A DNA stretch of 64,000 bases from Eledone cirrhosa (lineage: Eukaryota): the NCBI GenBank assembly GCA_964016885.1, contig OZ024746.1, positions 92,752,001-92,816,000 on the forward strand. The letters are read 5' to 3'. The notes beneath the pieces are model-generated. The model saw nothing but the letters and a program-made list of their open reading frames with translations. It had not been told where the DNA came from and ran no database searches. How positions within the stretch are numbered: position 1 is the first letter of the stretch; every line of letters begins with the position of its first letter. Shown piece after piece: positions 1 through 14,424 of the stretch. The position numbers and the translations under genes were made by a program.

Positions 1-1519
1 TAAAGACAAACTCTAAATTTAGTGAAGCAATAAGAGAAATCAGAAGCCTTCTAAAGCTCTGATAAGGTGATAATTAAGAAAGTTGATTAAACAGATGAGC
101 CTGAGTACAGTATAATATAAACTCTTGGAAGTACAGGTGAAAGTTAATGTACAGAGGCTCATCAGCAGGTCAGAGTTAATCCTGGTTTTGTATAGCATGA
201 AATAAGTGAGAATTCAGGTGCCAGTCAATCACAGGGTTAACCCCTCAGTTGCTGAAACTCATTTTCAACAGAGTGAACTGAAGCAACATGAAAGGAAGTA
301 CTTTGATCAAGGATACATGCCACCTGAAGTTGGGGATTCAACACATGACCTTATGATCGTTAAACCAACACTAACCACTAAGCAATGCACTTTCACAACA
401 GGTAAAGACTATAAATAAATTAAACATTCTGGAATGTAGTAAGAATTTTTGTATGAAATTATTATTTTATTTTTGTATAAATATGGAATGAATATTTAGC
501 ACTGAGTAATTGGAATGTCAAACTGGCAAATATGTCCGAGAAAACAAAGAACAAAGAATTCTTCAAATCTGCAGTTACTTTTCTGGCAATGGTTTATATA
601 AAGCATTTTGGAAAATTTGTTTCAAATCTAACTATTAATAAAAAAAAATTTAAAAAAACTCTACTTTGTTTTGTAATCACCTAGACAGCTTTAAATACAC
701 ACACACACACACACATATATATTATATACATTCTATTCATCTATGGGCCCCTATCTTCAGATTGAATCGTAGGGGCACAGCCAATTTCTCCATACATTCA
801 TACATAAAACATTTACTGTTCTTTCATCTCCAGATGACTGACAGTAAAGTTTGGTGGGAAAACATTCAATGAAGATATGTCATTAACTTTATTATTATAT
901 TAGTAATCAAGAACAACTGGATTTCCTATCAGCTTGTAGTCAAGGTAGTTGTAAGACATACACAACAGGTTGAAAAAAAACTATGTTGTACAATGTTTCT
1001 TTGGAAAATCACAAATATTTTGGTTTACAAACTAGCAAAAACAATTTTGAATATAAAAAAAAGGTCCCATATAAATGATAGTCTAAATTTAATAAAGACT
1101 TATCAGAATATGGTTAGAGAGAGAAAGTAGCCATTTCTCAGTTGACTACTATTAACCATTTTACACCACACAAAGAACAAGTAATCCACTGAATATAAAA
1201 AATTTTAGAAAAAAAAGAATTTTTTCAATTTAAATATCAGTATTTAAGGTGGGATGATTTTGTTACAGAAGCTTAGCTAAAACTTTGTTTCCTATAAACA
1301 TCTATTTTAAACTTGAAGGAATCACATCCTATAATGTTGCTAAGAAGCTTGTCACTGCTCTATTCATATAGAATTTACCATAGTCAGAAGAAGTAATAAA
1401 GCACCATTTATTACTTGAAATTAAAAAATATATATATAATTATAAACAAATTATAAGCAATGTTTTATTATTATATTTTTTCTGATAGTGGTTCTGTACT
1501 CTACTTATATATATATATA

Positions 1520-1626
1520 TAGGAAAATGTTTGACCCCGACGGCAGAGCTCAAGCCGTTTCAACAGCTATTTCTGGACTCTGGTGCGTTGTGGTCCATCT
1601 GGTTCCTTACCACACCTCCTTCGTTA
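1520..1626. mobile_element. Short interspersed element inserted in (TA)n; copies at 17137-17253 and 51781-51983 (opposite strand, longer)
   Basis: aggaaaatgtttgaccccgacggcagagctcaagccgtttc...ggtccatctggttccttaccacac shared between copies; each is flanked on both sides by TA repeats. Confidence 0.8.
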
Positions 1627-2363
1627 TATATATATATATTATTCAGTACACATTAAGTAGATTCTGACTACAGATAACAAAAATGATGGTGCACAATAAG
1701 ACATTAGATATTACTGAAGTTTATAGTGACTATTGGGTTTCTTCTAAAAGAAAAATTCATTAGAAAATTCCAAGGAGCCTCTTACCAATACATAGAAAAG
1801 AAAAGAAAAGCTGTTGACGAGTTAAAAAAAAAAAAAAAAATCATGGTTATGAATTAAAAATAATTAAAAAATAAGAAATTTGTGGATGGTCATCTTAACA
1901 ATAAGAAGCGAGGGAATACATAGCATTGCATTGGCAGGATATAAACAGAGATAAAGCTTTTATCTATAACATAACACAAAACATAAATGTTAATTAATGC
2001 AAAAAAATATCATTGAAATCTCAGATTCAACATTAGCCAAAACAATTTTAGGTAGGTTTTAGAAGATGAAAACGGTGGGAAGAAAGACAGATTTATTATT
2101 TACAGAATTAAAAAAAAAAATACAAATTCATAACAAGAAACACTATAAATCCAACATCACAGCTGCTACAGAAGAAATGAAAAGTAGAAGAAAAGAAATG
2201 AATTTATCTGGTGTTTCTTTGAATGCACTTATTATTTCACCTATTTGTGAACTGGTGTCTCATATTAGATGACAATCAACAAAACATACCAAACATTATA
2301 AAACATTATGAAAAATTAACATTAACAATATTGTTGTCATTCCTTTGTGTGCATATATTCCTG

Positions 2364-2441
<78 letters not shown>

Positions 2442-2748
2442 CACACAGATATATTTATTTAATTAAAACAACAGTAGGCCAGACAGGAAATATCCCTTTA
2501 AAGTTTTAATGTTGCAAAAAACAGTATATATATATTTCAATGGCCTGGTTACGCAAGACTCTGGCAACATCATCAGGTGCAGATTGCATAATTAGTTAAT
2601 CAGTAGAAGGTATTACAGCAAATACAAACAGAGAATCGCAGCCCATCTGCTGCAACATTAACACTGAATTTGTGGGCCATCTCCGACTAAAATATATTTT
2701 CTGTTTATGTTTGCCATAATTCTATTTATTGATTAACTAATGCAGCCT

Positions 2749-2806
2749 GTACCTGATGATGTTGCCAGGGTCTTATGTAACCAGGGCATTGAAATATATA
2801 TAGTGT
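2749..2806 (+). ncRNA. Type-I hammerhead ribozyme motif in fold-back arm
   Basis: gtac-CTGATGA-tgttgcc...ggcatt-GAAA-tatata-TA-gtgt; degenerate mirror copy at about 2521-2580 (minus). Confidence 0.65.
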
Positions 2807-3024
2807 TTTTGCAACGTTAAAACTTTAAAGGGTTATTTCCTGTTTGGCCTTCTGTTGTTTTAATTAAATAAATTTTAACCCCATTCCTGCACCAGCCACG
2901 AGATTCAACATCTACGATTGATGAGTTGTATAGCGTAGAGTGCTTTTCTTACTATTACATCATGGTTAACTAAATGGAATGACCAGTTCTACCCATTGGC
3001 GAACCACACAAATAAATGTGTGTG

Positions 3025-3066
<42 letters not shown>

Positions 3067-4117
3067 TATAGTTAATAGGTTTCAAAAAGCTCATACAATG
3101 CAGTATAAAAATATAAAAGGCAAATGACAAAAATAAAACAAAACAAAATAATGTTCAGCATGATATTTCAGGACTATTACCCTCTTTGCAAATGTGAAAC
3201 GGAAATGGTTCAAAACAAAGCCTGAAATATCATGTTGAAATATACTGGGTAAAATATTACTTTGTTTTATTTGTCATCCTTTGCCTTTTATATATTTCTA
3301 CTGCATTGTACTGGCTTTTTGAAACCTATCAGTCATATATATATGACTGATACAGCAAATATTAATCATACATACATTAACATAGCACACCCAAGAACAA
3401 CCTCATCTAAGTCTTACCCCTTATGTAAGCTTGTTGAAGGGTTGTGAAACCATTATCATGTGTATGATTAATATATATATATATATATGTGTGTGTGTAT
3501 GTATGATTGTTTTGGGAAAGGCAGCACAATTCATATTTAAAATACAAGGATGAAAACTAGAGTAAAGCAAGAAAAACAAAACAGAACAGTTTACGCTGTT
3601 ACTTTATATTTCATGATATTTTGAAGATAGGCGCTCTTTGTCAAAAGAAATGAAATGGAGTGTGATGTTGGCAATGAGCAGTGCTTTACTTCACTCTAGT
3701 TTTCACACTTGTTTGGGTTTTTTTAAATTTGAATTGTACCACTTTTCCTAAAGCAATCATGTGTGCATGCGCGCGCACACACACACACACACAACCACAC
3801 AGTCATACACATAATCATTCGTTTTTAAATATTTAATGCTCCTTGTAGGGCCTCAATGTGTTTATGTATACAATTTTTTTAGTTACCACAAGAGATGTTT
3901 AGTTAATGAAAGAAAATATTTTGGCAATATGCTTTCTTGCAGTAAGGTAACAATTGAAACTGGTACAAAAAAACAACCAGTTCTGGCTAAAATACTATAG
4001 GTTACTGAAACAAATCATTTAAGTTTAATCTATAAAAAATTAGCTAGTTGTGATGCATGTTATTAAGAATATATATAGAGAGAAAGAGAGTGTAAGAGAT
4101 AGATAGACAGGTAGATT

Positions 4118-4184
<67 letters not shown>

Positions 4185-4246
4185 CCATATGTGGTTGATG
4201 GCTGAGAGAAAGGAGTACTCAATACCAAAGTAGAGTTTTAATATTC

Positions 4247-4362
4247 ATTATTATTAAAGCTAAAAAGTGAGTCTTGTTACTCTGGAGTTTCATCTGATGA
4301 CCCTATGATAAACAGGCGAAACTCCAGAGTAACAAGACTCACTTTTAGCCTTAATAATAATA
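4247..4362 (+). ncRNA. Hairpin with hammerhead core, 5' strand of stem I replaced by inverted copy
   Basis: About 45-bp arms (aaaagtgagtcttgttactctggagtttc / gaaactccagagtaacaagactcactttt) enclosing CTGATGA; 3' arm reads GAAA-ctccagag-TA. Confidence 0.55.
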
Positions 4363-4765
4363 ATAAATATATATATACACACACATACATACACACAATG
4401 AATGTTAAGACAGGGTTATATTATTACATAATTAAGTTTAATAATAATACACTGGGTAAAACATTACTTTACTTTGTTTTGTTTTGTTTCATTTACCATC
4501 ATTTACCCTTCGTATTTTCGACCGCATTGTACCAGGTTTACAAAAAAAAAAACTTATCGGTCATTTAATATATAATTAAGTTTATTTGTTATGTACATTT
4601 CCACAATATCAGCATGTTATGTAAGTTGTAACTTAGGCTGGTATGGTTTCTTCATACAATATTTTGCATTTAAATTCACATGACATAATGGACGTGCATT
4701 TCTCGTCTAATCATATCAACAACTTTAAAATTTTTCTTGTGTAACCTCTGCTTAAATGCAAAATA

Positions 4766-4820
4766 CTGTCTGAAGAAGTATAACAACAATATGCCGACAT
4801 TGCAGAAATATACATAACAG
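4766..4820 (+). ncRNA. Type-I hammerhead ribozyme motif (stem II degenerate)
   Basis: ctgt-CTGAAGA-28 nt-GAAA-tataca-TA-acag; stem I ctgt/acag is perfect. Confidence 0.6.
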
Positions 4821-6158
4821 AAATAAATTTGATTCAATTATAATACAGCCCATCATAACGTTCATTCATATAACAATACTCTGTCATATTCTATGCGATC
4901 CCATAATAGTGTTGGATATATATAACCAACATGAAGTGCTTACACTGTAGTTTACAGATTGAGATGGTGCAAACACAATACTCCCAATCAAATAAACAGT
5001 TAAATAAAGACTATATATATATATATATATATACATATATGTATAAATTCCACCAGAGTTTAGATAGGATACAACTATAAATTAAGTATTTGGAATGCAA
5101 GTTGGTAAAACACACAAACACACGCACACACACAAATATATTCCATCAGAATTCAGACAGAATACGACTATAGATAATTGGTTTAGAAAAACTGATGACA
5201 AAGCATTTTCAACCAAATTAAAAAAAAAAAAAACAGACAAACAAAGAACTAGCAATTCTGAAGAAAAATGTTGCAGTCGAGTGTTTGAATACAACATTGA
5301 GCAGAAGAGATTATTTTATCTGATATTTTCATAAGATTGTTTTACAAAGAAGAAATTTTCGAAAGGCCATGGTTTATATATTTCAATCACTGGAAAGAAC
5401 CCTTCCATAAACTGCCATTAAGTTATCCTGTGAAACATTTTTTTTTATCAAAGGCTTTTTCTCCCCAACTTTTCTAAAACAGTATTTATTGAGAATTTAA
5501 ATGAAAGAATCGAAAAATTAATAAACCTCATTTCATCTTAAATATTTTGAGAGACAAAACTACCCAACCAATACCTCCACAGGTATTTTGAACATAATTA
5601 TAATACAAAAAATAATGACAAACTAAACTTGTTCACAGAAATGAAAATATTTTTTTTTTAAATAACTCTTTTAATAATAATAATAATAATAATAATAATG
5701 GTTTCTAATTCAAGCATAAAGCCAGCAATTTACAGGGATATTGGAAAGTTGATACAAATCAACCCCAGTACTTGACTGGTACTTTATTTTATTGACCCCC
5801 AAAAGGATGAAAGGCAAAGTTGTCCTCGGTGGGATATCAACTCAAAATGACTTGGAACAAATACCACAAAGCATTTTCCCCAATGCTCTAATGATTCTAC
5901 CAATAAAGATAATAATAGATTTTCATTTACCTTTAAAATAAAATTTAAAAAATTAAAAATCAACAAATAATTTTTTTCCAAAATTATAATTTGGATTTAG
6001 AGTATTTAGTTTAGAGAAAATGATATTTTAAAAAATACAATTTCTACCAGGAGAAAATTACAATAAATGCAGTTTGTTAATCAATATGTCTTATGCAGAA
6101 GAAAAATCAGAGAAAGAACTTAACTTAATTCTCAACATAAAAATCCTTTGAGAAAATT

Positions 6159-6231
<73 letters not shown>

Positions 6232-6547
6232 AGAGGGAGAGAGAAAGAGAGACATTGATGTGATGAATGTAAGAGGAGCACTTAATATAGGTGGGGCAGG
6301 GTATAAATTATTGTTTATTATTTTACAATCAGTAAGTACATTATAGCCAAAACCAGGGATTTCTTAGATGCAGTGCCTGCATTCATCATGCATTGGTCAA
6401 CTATGTGATGCTAGCAAACTAAAGCACGAGTGCAAACACTGCATTCAAGAAACCATGTGTCTTAGCTTCAATGTACTACTGACTTTATGGGTACAAACAA
6501 ATAAAAAGGGCAACCAACACATAATATTGAGAATATTTGTATTAGCA

Positions 6548-6697
6548 GTTTGATTTATTTGTGCACTATCAGTGGTTTTGTAAATTTAAACAGCTCTAAT
6601 TCTTTGGATGTATTCTAAATAAGCATCCGAACACATCTGAAGAGTTAGATGTGTTTATGTCAACAAAACCAATGGTAATACATGAATAAATCAAACC
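6548..6697 (+). mobile_element. Degenerate hammerhead fold-back element just downstream of the stop codon (probable 3' UTR)
   Basis: acat-CTGAAGA-gttagatgtgtttatgtcaac-aAAA-ccaatgg-TA-atac with an inverted arm at 6548-6612; same family as 26311-26385. Confidence 0.6.
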
Positions 6698-6818
6698 GAA
6701 AATAAATAAATATATATATATATATAAATATATATATATTACAAGTTAATGGGGAGATAATAAACTGCAAAAGACATCATTGTTGCCAGTTTCAAATTTC
6801 TTGTTTCGAGTCCAAATC

Positions 6819-7352
6819 TTACAAGTACATACCGTTGATGAGGTAATCTGCTTCATTTGAATGTAGTGCTCTCCCTTTGCGTAGGCGGCGTTTCACGCGG
6901 TGTAAACGACAACCGACAAAGATTAACAGCATAGTTGTGAAGGAGAGTCCAAGAGCAAGTGCTACTATAGGGCCTTGGGCACTGTCTGTAGGACTTGCTA
7001 CAACAACTTTTTTCTTCAGAATGTAGTTGGAATGTTCAAAGAATTTCGCTACATTATTTGATGTCTTCTGTGAGGTAAGTGAACTGTTCTGGTGATATGT
7101 TGTTGATCTTGTAGTAGTAGACTCCTCGCTCTTAATTGCAGCGGAATCAGTCTCACTTCCATCATTTACATTATCCTTTCTATCATTAATGCTAGAGGCT
7201 GAGTTAGACTGGATATTTCCATCAGTGTCTCCTTTATAATCTGTATTTGTATTTGCTGCTTGCATCTTACTCTCAGTGTGAAATCCTGCTTTGGGATGGT
7301 CTTGTGCAACAGCAGGTCTAACATCTGGTAACGTGTTCTTGCTTTCAGTAGG

Positions 7353-7384
<32 letters not shown>

Positions 7385-7429
7385 GCTGTTGCTGTTGCTG
7401 CTGCTGCTGCTGCTGCTGTTGTTGATTAC
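6819..7429 (-). CDS. LRP11: LRP11-like gene, terminal coding exon (polyQ, S/T-rich stalk, TM helix, cytoplasmic tail)
   Basis: Acceptor ttatttatcag; about 24 Q; TM IVALALGLSFTTMLLIFVGC; basic stop-transfer RLHRVKRRLRK; C-terminus EADYLINGMYL-stop matches the LRP11 family tail (DYLINGMYL). Confidence 0.93.
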
Positions 7430-10400
7430 CTGATAAATAAAGTATATACAAAATAGAAAACATGCTAATCAAACTGTTGATAAAACTCATACTTGTGCCA
7501 CGATAAAATGCACCCAGTACCCTTGAAAGTAGATGACATTAGGAAGGGCATCCAGTCATAGAAACCCTTCAACCAAAGGTGGAGTGAAATTTTTCAGTTG
7601 TCAAGAGCATCCACTCATAGAAACTATGTCAAACAAGATGTTCAGAAGACTTTTCAGTTGTGTCAAGGATATGAGACATTCCCTAATGTTAATGAATGCT
7701 ACATCAAAATGCATTCTGTAAAGTGATAAGGCATTTAGCCATAGGAACCATGCAAAAACTAAAATGTATGTAAGCTAAGATACTCCTCCCTGTCTCAGCC
7801 TGACTGAGGGGACTTTGGCTCCAATTGAACACAGACTTGGTCATTGACAAACCATCCAACCCATGCCAGCATGGAAAGATGATACATAATTCTATGTTGG
7901 CATGAGTTAGATAAGTCATTATCGTCTAAGTGAGTATTGCAAATTACTGTCCTCCTAGATGGGTTTGAGGACTACATCTTGCTCATATGTTGTATGTTTG
8001 GCATGGCATAATTTTTACAGATGGATGCCTTTCCTAACACAGAGTGCATGTTATCATAGCACCAACACTAGTGAGGTTATGTCTTTAATGTATGAAGGTG
8101 TTGGTAATTGTAGTTGTGGTGATGACGATGACAATGGTGATGATGGTGAGAATGATGTTTGTGATGATCATGATGATGATGATGATGGTGGTGTTAATGG
8201 TGATGATGGTGGTGGTAATGATGATGGTAGAGGTGAGAATGATGGCCATCATGATTATGATAAAGACTTACCTCTAATTTTATTTTCTGTAGCTTGGTAA
8301 TTGACCCTATTGGGATGGATTTGCTTGATATTGTCTGAAGGTCTGTTATCTGTTTTGAAACAAGATTTTGTAAAGTTCTATCAAACTATTATTTCAAGTT
8401 CATTTGTTTTATATTCTAGTTAAAACCAAAATAATCCATACACAGAACATATGACATTATCTGTTCTTTCACACTGGCATGGGTTGGACAGGTTTTCACA
8501 GACCAAGTCAGTATTTAATCAAAGCTACTAAGATAGGATGTGATCCCACTTACATGAGCACTTTACAGAGTATAGTGGGTGTATTTTATCATAGTACCTT
8601 CACTAGAGAGGTTATCATGCTCTTGGCTCAACTGAAAGGTCCCCTCAAACCTAAATTTGATATGTTTTATACAGCTTGTCCTTCTTAATACCCATTACCA
8701 TTTAACATCTATTATCCAAGCTTGCATGGGTTAAACAGGCTGTCGCATAATGAGGCCAGATAGGTTAGGTGACCACATCTTGCTTATACATTCCATTCGG
8801 GGCTTGGTTTTCTATGGCTGGATACCTTTCCTAATGCCAACCACATTACATGGTGGATTGGAGATTTTTTCAGGACACCAGCTCTACCACCTTACAGGGT
8901 GGACTGTGTGCTTTTTGTTGTGGGACTAGTACAACCACATTACAGGGTGAACTGGGTGCTTTTTGGCATGACACCAGCATGGCCCTCTTACAGGGTGAAT
9001 CGGATGCTTAACATCCAAGAAACTTCTTATGGGATCTAACTTCAAAGGTGGCTAGATGTGAGCTGTAATAACAACAACTTGACATAAACATAAATTAACC
9101 CTTTCATGACCACATTTCTAATGAAATACACTCTATTTTAATTGATTATTGAAGAATTTTGAGGATTTACTAAAATTATTAATTATTTTATTACTAAGAT
9201 AGTAACTTAATGTAAGGTTCTTATATAAAATTATGTTGGAAACCTTTAAAATGGATGGTTTTATTTCATAGAACAAGACTGGTTGGTAACTAAAGGATTA
9301 AATGAGTGTAAAACCTGTTTTTTTTTCCAAAATGAAGACATCGGAGACTGAAATTATTGCTTTTGGATTATTAACCTTACATTGGAGACTATAATGGCAA
9401 AGGAAAAGACCTAATACTATGTTTGGACCAAAGAAACTATTTCCATTGGTGGTACTATCTGCCAGACACAATTCCTGGCAGAATTTCAACTCAGAATGCA
9501 CAGTCAGATCAGATACTACAAATCGTTATGCCCAACTCTTTAACAATAACACTAATCCACTGCCACTGGAATGGTACTTTATTTATTGACCTAAAAAATC
9601 AACAACAAAAGACAAATTTGGCATTGGCAAAATTTGAACTCAGAGCTGGACCAAATACCAAAGGAGTCAGCTGTATATTTAGTCATGGGGAAATTAGGAT
9701 TTCTTGTTTCAGTGCTGGTTAAGGCATGTGGTTTAGTAGTTATAGTGTTTCGCACATAATTGTAAAGTCATGAGTTTGATTCCCAGACCAGGCAGAACAT
9801 TGTGTCCTTGAGCAAGACACAATATAAATTACATGTTGCTCCACTCCATTCATATTGGCACCAAGCTGTATTGGCCTTTGCATTTCCCTTGGATAACATT
9901 AATAGCATGGAGAGGAGTGATAGCTGATCTTCCACAAAACATCCTATCTCTGAGAGGTGCTTTCCAGGTGCAAACCCAAGGTAGTGCTGCACCGAATAGA
10001 CTCTGCAATGTAGTTATGATGGCGCCATGGTAAAATGCACCCAGTATGGCAGTGCTAGTACACAATGTAAAATGAAGTTGTAGAAACCACATCAAAATAA
10101 GAGCATACAAGTTTGGCATGATGCTCAGACCTGTGTTGTCTGAGGCTATGACAACACATGTCAGTATTTTGACGATGTATCTACCAGTTGGTATTTTATG
10201 ATACTTCAATCCAAATCAATTCATTCCAAAATATATCACAACCATAATCTATATTATAATAAGTACGCTGTCTGTCTGTCCATCCGTCCACCCGTCACAT
10301 TCACTTTATGTAGAGAGGAGGAGCACCAAGCAAGAGATTTGAACATAGATAAAGAGAGGGAAGGGAATGCCATATGTTTTCAAGATGACAGAAAGAGGTA

Positions 10401-11119
10401 GATGGACGGAAAGTCATGACGTCACCCTCATCTATATATAGAGAGAAAACAGAATGCTGTGTGCTTTTGGGGTGACAGAAAAAGGTAGATAAACAGAAAG
10501 TTACAATGTCGCTCTCATCTATATAGAGAGATGGGGAGCGCCAAGTGAGAGAGATGTACAAAATTGAGAAAAAAAGGAATGTCATTTATTTAGAGAGTGT
10601 GTACGACAGAAAGAGGGAGAACACATCAACCTCATCTCGTTCTTTTAAAAGATTTCTCTCATTTTCTAAAAAGTACAAATACTGAATCATAGCATTAAAA
10701 AAAATAAATAAATAAAACACAACAGCTCTGTGACTGTAATAAATTATTATTATCAAGTTAACCCTTCTGTGACCATCTTTCTAATGAAAGATACTATTTA
10801 TGATTTTCAAATCATTTTGAAAATAATCAAGAATTTGAAGGAATTAAGTAATATAACTAAATTTCTCATTATGAAGCTGGTGTTTAGAACATAACAAAGG
10901 TTCTTACATAAAATTATGATGGAAGGTTTAAGTATTTTGTGACCATATTTTTAATGAAAAACACTGCCAGGTGACTTTAAAACACTTGTAGTTGTATTGT
11001 TATATATATTTAGTCTGCATCTACAAATATGGAAATACAGGCTACCTTGGGTCCCAAGACTGCCACATAAATGTTTCAATACCTGTATAAATCAAATATA
11101 ATTCTCCAGTAAATGTTAT

Positions 11120-11328
11120 TTAACCCTTTAGCATTTAAACTGGCCATATTTGGCCAGAATTCTCTCACCTCTTTCTGCTCAAACTTGCCACTCATACTGA
11201 TGTTAAGGTATTATTCGCAAAATAGATAATACCAAAATCTCATAGATTCGATATTATGTGAGGTAAAGCCTCTTTACCCCGAAAATACAATAGAATCAAA
11301 TAGAGTAATGTAAATGCTAAAGGGTTAA
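11120..11328. mobile_element. piggyBac-type MITE family A (about 200 bp)
   Basis: TTAA-ccctttagcattt...aaatgctaaaggg-TTAA. Other copies: 15452-15674, about 33411-33635, 61770-61992, partial at 14800, 31412, 43620-43810. Confidence 0.85.
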
Positions 11329-12117
11329 ATAAAGTAAATTATAAATTTATATAATTAGTGACACATGTTACAAGGAATAGAATTGATGGTTAGTATATCT
11401 CAAATATATTGTACATCCTACCCATGCTAGCGTGGAAGATGGACGTTAAATGATGAAAGGTGGGTTGGCAATGTCAGTAGAGCATCAGACAACATACTTG
11501 CGGCATAATGTTACAACCCTTTATGTTCTGAGTTTAAATCTCACCGAGGTTAGCGTTACCTTTCATCCTTATGGGGTCGATAAAATAAAGTATCAGTAAC
11601 ATCTTTGCGGTGTCAATAAAATAAAGCACCAGTAATGTACTGGGGTCGATTTAATTGACTTTCCCTTCCCCCTGAAATTGTTGGCCTTGTGCCTAAATCA
11701 GAAACAATTATTTTCAAAGAGAATTTGAAAACACATGGAGTATTTCTTATCAGAAATGTGGTAATGAAAGGTTTAAAGTCAGCTTACATGTTCATTACAG
11801 GTGACCGGGTCACTAGTGGTTTTGGAAGACAAAACGCCAATACAACACCATGAACCAATGCATATTTTTGCTCCCCTTAAAAAACATACACATGAGAGTA
11901 AACCATGAGATTGTTGTCCAGGTTGTTTTATACCAAAGGGATTACTATCTAAAAAAAACAGTAGACAACTCTCATTCCAGTGGAAGTCATTGAAATATGG
12001 TAATGAAAAGGATGCGGCTGCAGTCTAAGCTAAATAAAAAATGGCTTAAAGAAAAAAGAAAATATTCCCAAATTTCTATAAACATTTGAAACATTTTTCT
12101 TTTAAATTTCTACTTAC

Positions 12118-12159
12118 TGTTTCCAAGATTATGTAGACCTTGATTTATTCTTCTAGTAT
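12118..12159 (-). CDS. LRP11: LRP11-like gene, 42-nt mini-exon
   Basis: Strong acceptor ctatttttcag and donor gtaagt; phase 1-1, open frame DTRRINQGLHNLGN; composition matches the neighbouring stalk. Confidence 0.7.
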
Positions 12160-14387
12160 CTGAAAAATAGAAACATGAAATATATTTGAGATTTTCTCCA
12201 AATTTATATATACAGCAATAAAATTATAACATACAACTCATTAACAAATGAGTGTAAAAATATTTATAATATATATAAAACTATATAATATATATACAAA
12301 TATTTATGACAAGATATAAACATTTGTGGTAATATGTGGTATAATATACAAATATAAATATTTGACAGATATAAACATTTATGATTAATACAAATGTTTA
12401 TAATGCATATAAACATATATTATATAAAAATATTTACCATTTACAAAATATCTCTTACAAATGGTTTCTTGTAGTATATACCAAAATATAACAGCTCAAA
12501 ATTTATATTTAGCTTTAACTGTTAGAATCAAGAATTTTCGAAATTTTGCTAATTTAAGAACAAATGCACAAGAACTTAAGGTAAAATTATTTACCTGTTA
12601 GAATGTTAACCTCTTGTTCTACATTACAAAACTTTATATTTATCAAAAACCCTTCACTCATAATTTTATGGAAGAATTTATGTTCCAAACACCACATTCA
12701 TAATGGTTTCTGATTTAGGCACAAGGCCAACCAAGTTGGAGCTAAGAGAAAGTCAATTAAATCAACTCCAGTGCATTACTAGTGCTTTATTTTATCGACC
12801 CCGTAAGGATGAAAGGCAAAGCTAACCTCAACGGGATTTAAACTCAGAACGTAAAGGCCATAACTCTATGCTCCAAAGGATGTTGTCTGACGCTCTACCG
12901 ATATTGCGAATCCACTGCCCTCAACACACTTCCTTAATAATGAGATGGTTAATTACATTTACTAAATCCCTCCAAATTCTTGACTGTTTTGAAAATTATT
13001 TGAAAACCACAGGTAGTGTCTTTCCATAAAAATATGGGACAGAAAAGGTTTAAAAAATAATTTTTCAAAGTGGCAACGTTTTGAGAGAAAAATTTAGAAA
13101 GTTTGCAGTTTCTTTTCATCCAGAGTTTTATAACTTTTAACTTCCTGTACCGCATGAACTCACAAGGTTAGAAAAACGTTTTTGAAAAGTAAAATAACTG
13201 CATAACATTAAAAATTGGCTAAAATATTGCAATTTTTCACAAAGATCTGTCCACAAGTAGATACTATAAACATTTGAATTAACAAAATCATTTTTATATA
13301 TTTACTACTAAATCATTACAGGATGTTAAGAGTTGATACAGCAAATTTTCACAACAATATATCTACTAGTAAAGATACTATAATCATCATCATCATCATT
13401 TAATGTCTATTTTTTCCACATTTGCATGGGTTAGACAGGTTGTCATGTTATGAAAGAAGTTAGGTCAGGAGAACACCTCTTGCTTATACAGATCTGTATT
13501 TTGGCTTGGTTTCTACAGCGAGATGCCTTTCTTTGTGCCAACCACATTACAATGTGGACTGGGTGGTTTTTATCGTGGCAACAAAACAATCATCTAACAG
13601 GGTGGACTAGATACTTAACCTTTTAGTTACCAACAGAGCCAAAACTGGCTCTGCTCATATGAAATAAAAACCCCCATTTTAAAGGTTTCCAATTTAAATA
13701 AAAATTTTCCAACATAATTTTATATAAGAACCTTACATAAAGTTACAGACTTAGTAATGAAGTAATTAACAATTTTGGTAAATCCCCCAAAAGTCTTCAT
13801 TAATTAATTAAAATAGAGTGTATTTCATTAGAAATGTGGTGGTGAAAGGGTTAAATTAACAAAGCCATTTTTATATATTTTTCAGCTCAATTATTACTAG
13901 ATATTAAGAACTAATACTGAAAATGTTCACAACAATCTCTCTACTAGTAAAGATACTATAAATATTTCAATTAACAAACCTATTTTTACACAATTTCTAC
14001 AAAATCATTACAGAATGTAATAAAATAGAAATGAAATAAACCAACAAAAAAACAGACATTGAGAAATAATGGTGTAGAAATGTGGTAACATTTAATAGAC
14101 AGAGGAACATTGGAATAGTGAAGCAGTGAAAGATAGAAACAACAATGATAATTTCTAAGGAAATACTCAGTGAATCCATGCAGATTTAGTGGTGGTTGCA
14201 GCAACAGAAATAATAAATATAACATAACATATTTAAAGCAAATTAGGATTCCAACATGAAAATAACAATAACAAACTCAAACAGTAAGGTTTATTTTTAA
14301 ATGTTTTTTCTTTTTCTCCTCTTCTTTTTTTTTAGGGTGGGGATTGGGGTGTGATTAATAAAAAAACAAATATTAAAAATGTTGCAT

Positions 14388-14424
<37 letters not shown>

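Noticed and set aside
7959-8300. Asp/Gly-rich and Met/Val-rich ORFs
   Set aside because: Product of a degenerate (GAT/GGT)n simple repeat next to an RTE-tail relic.
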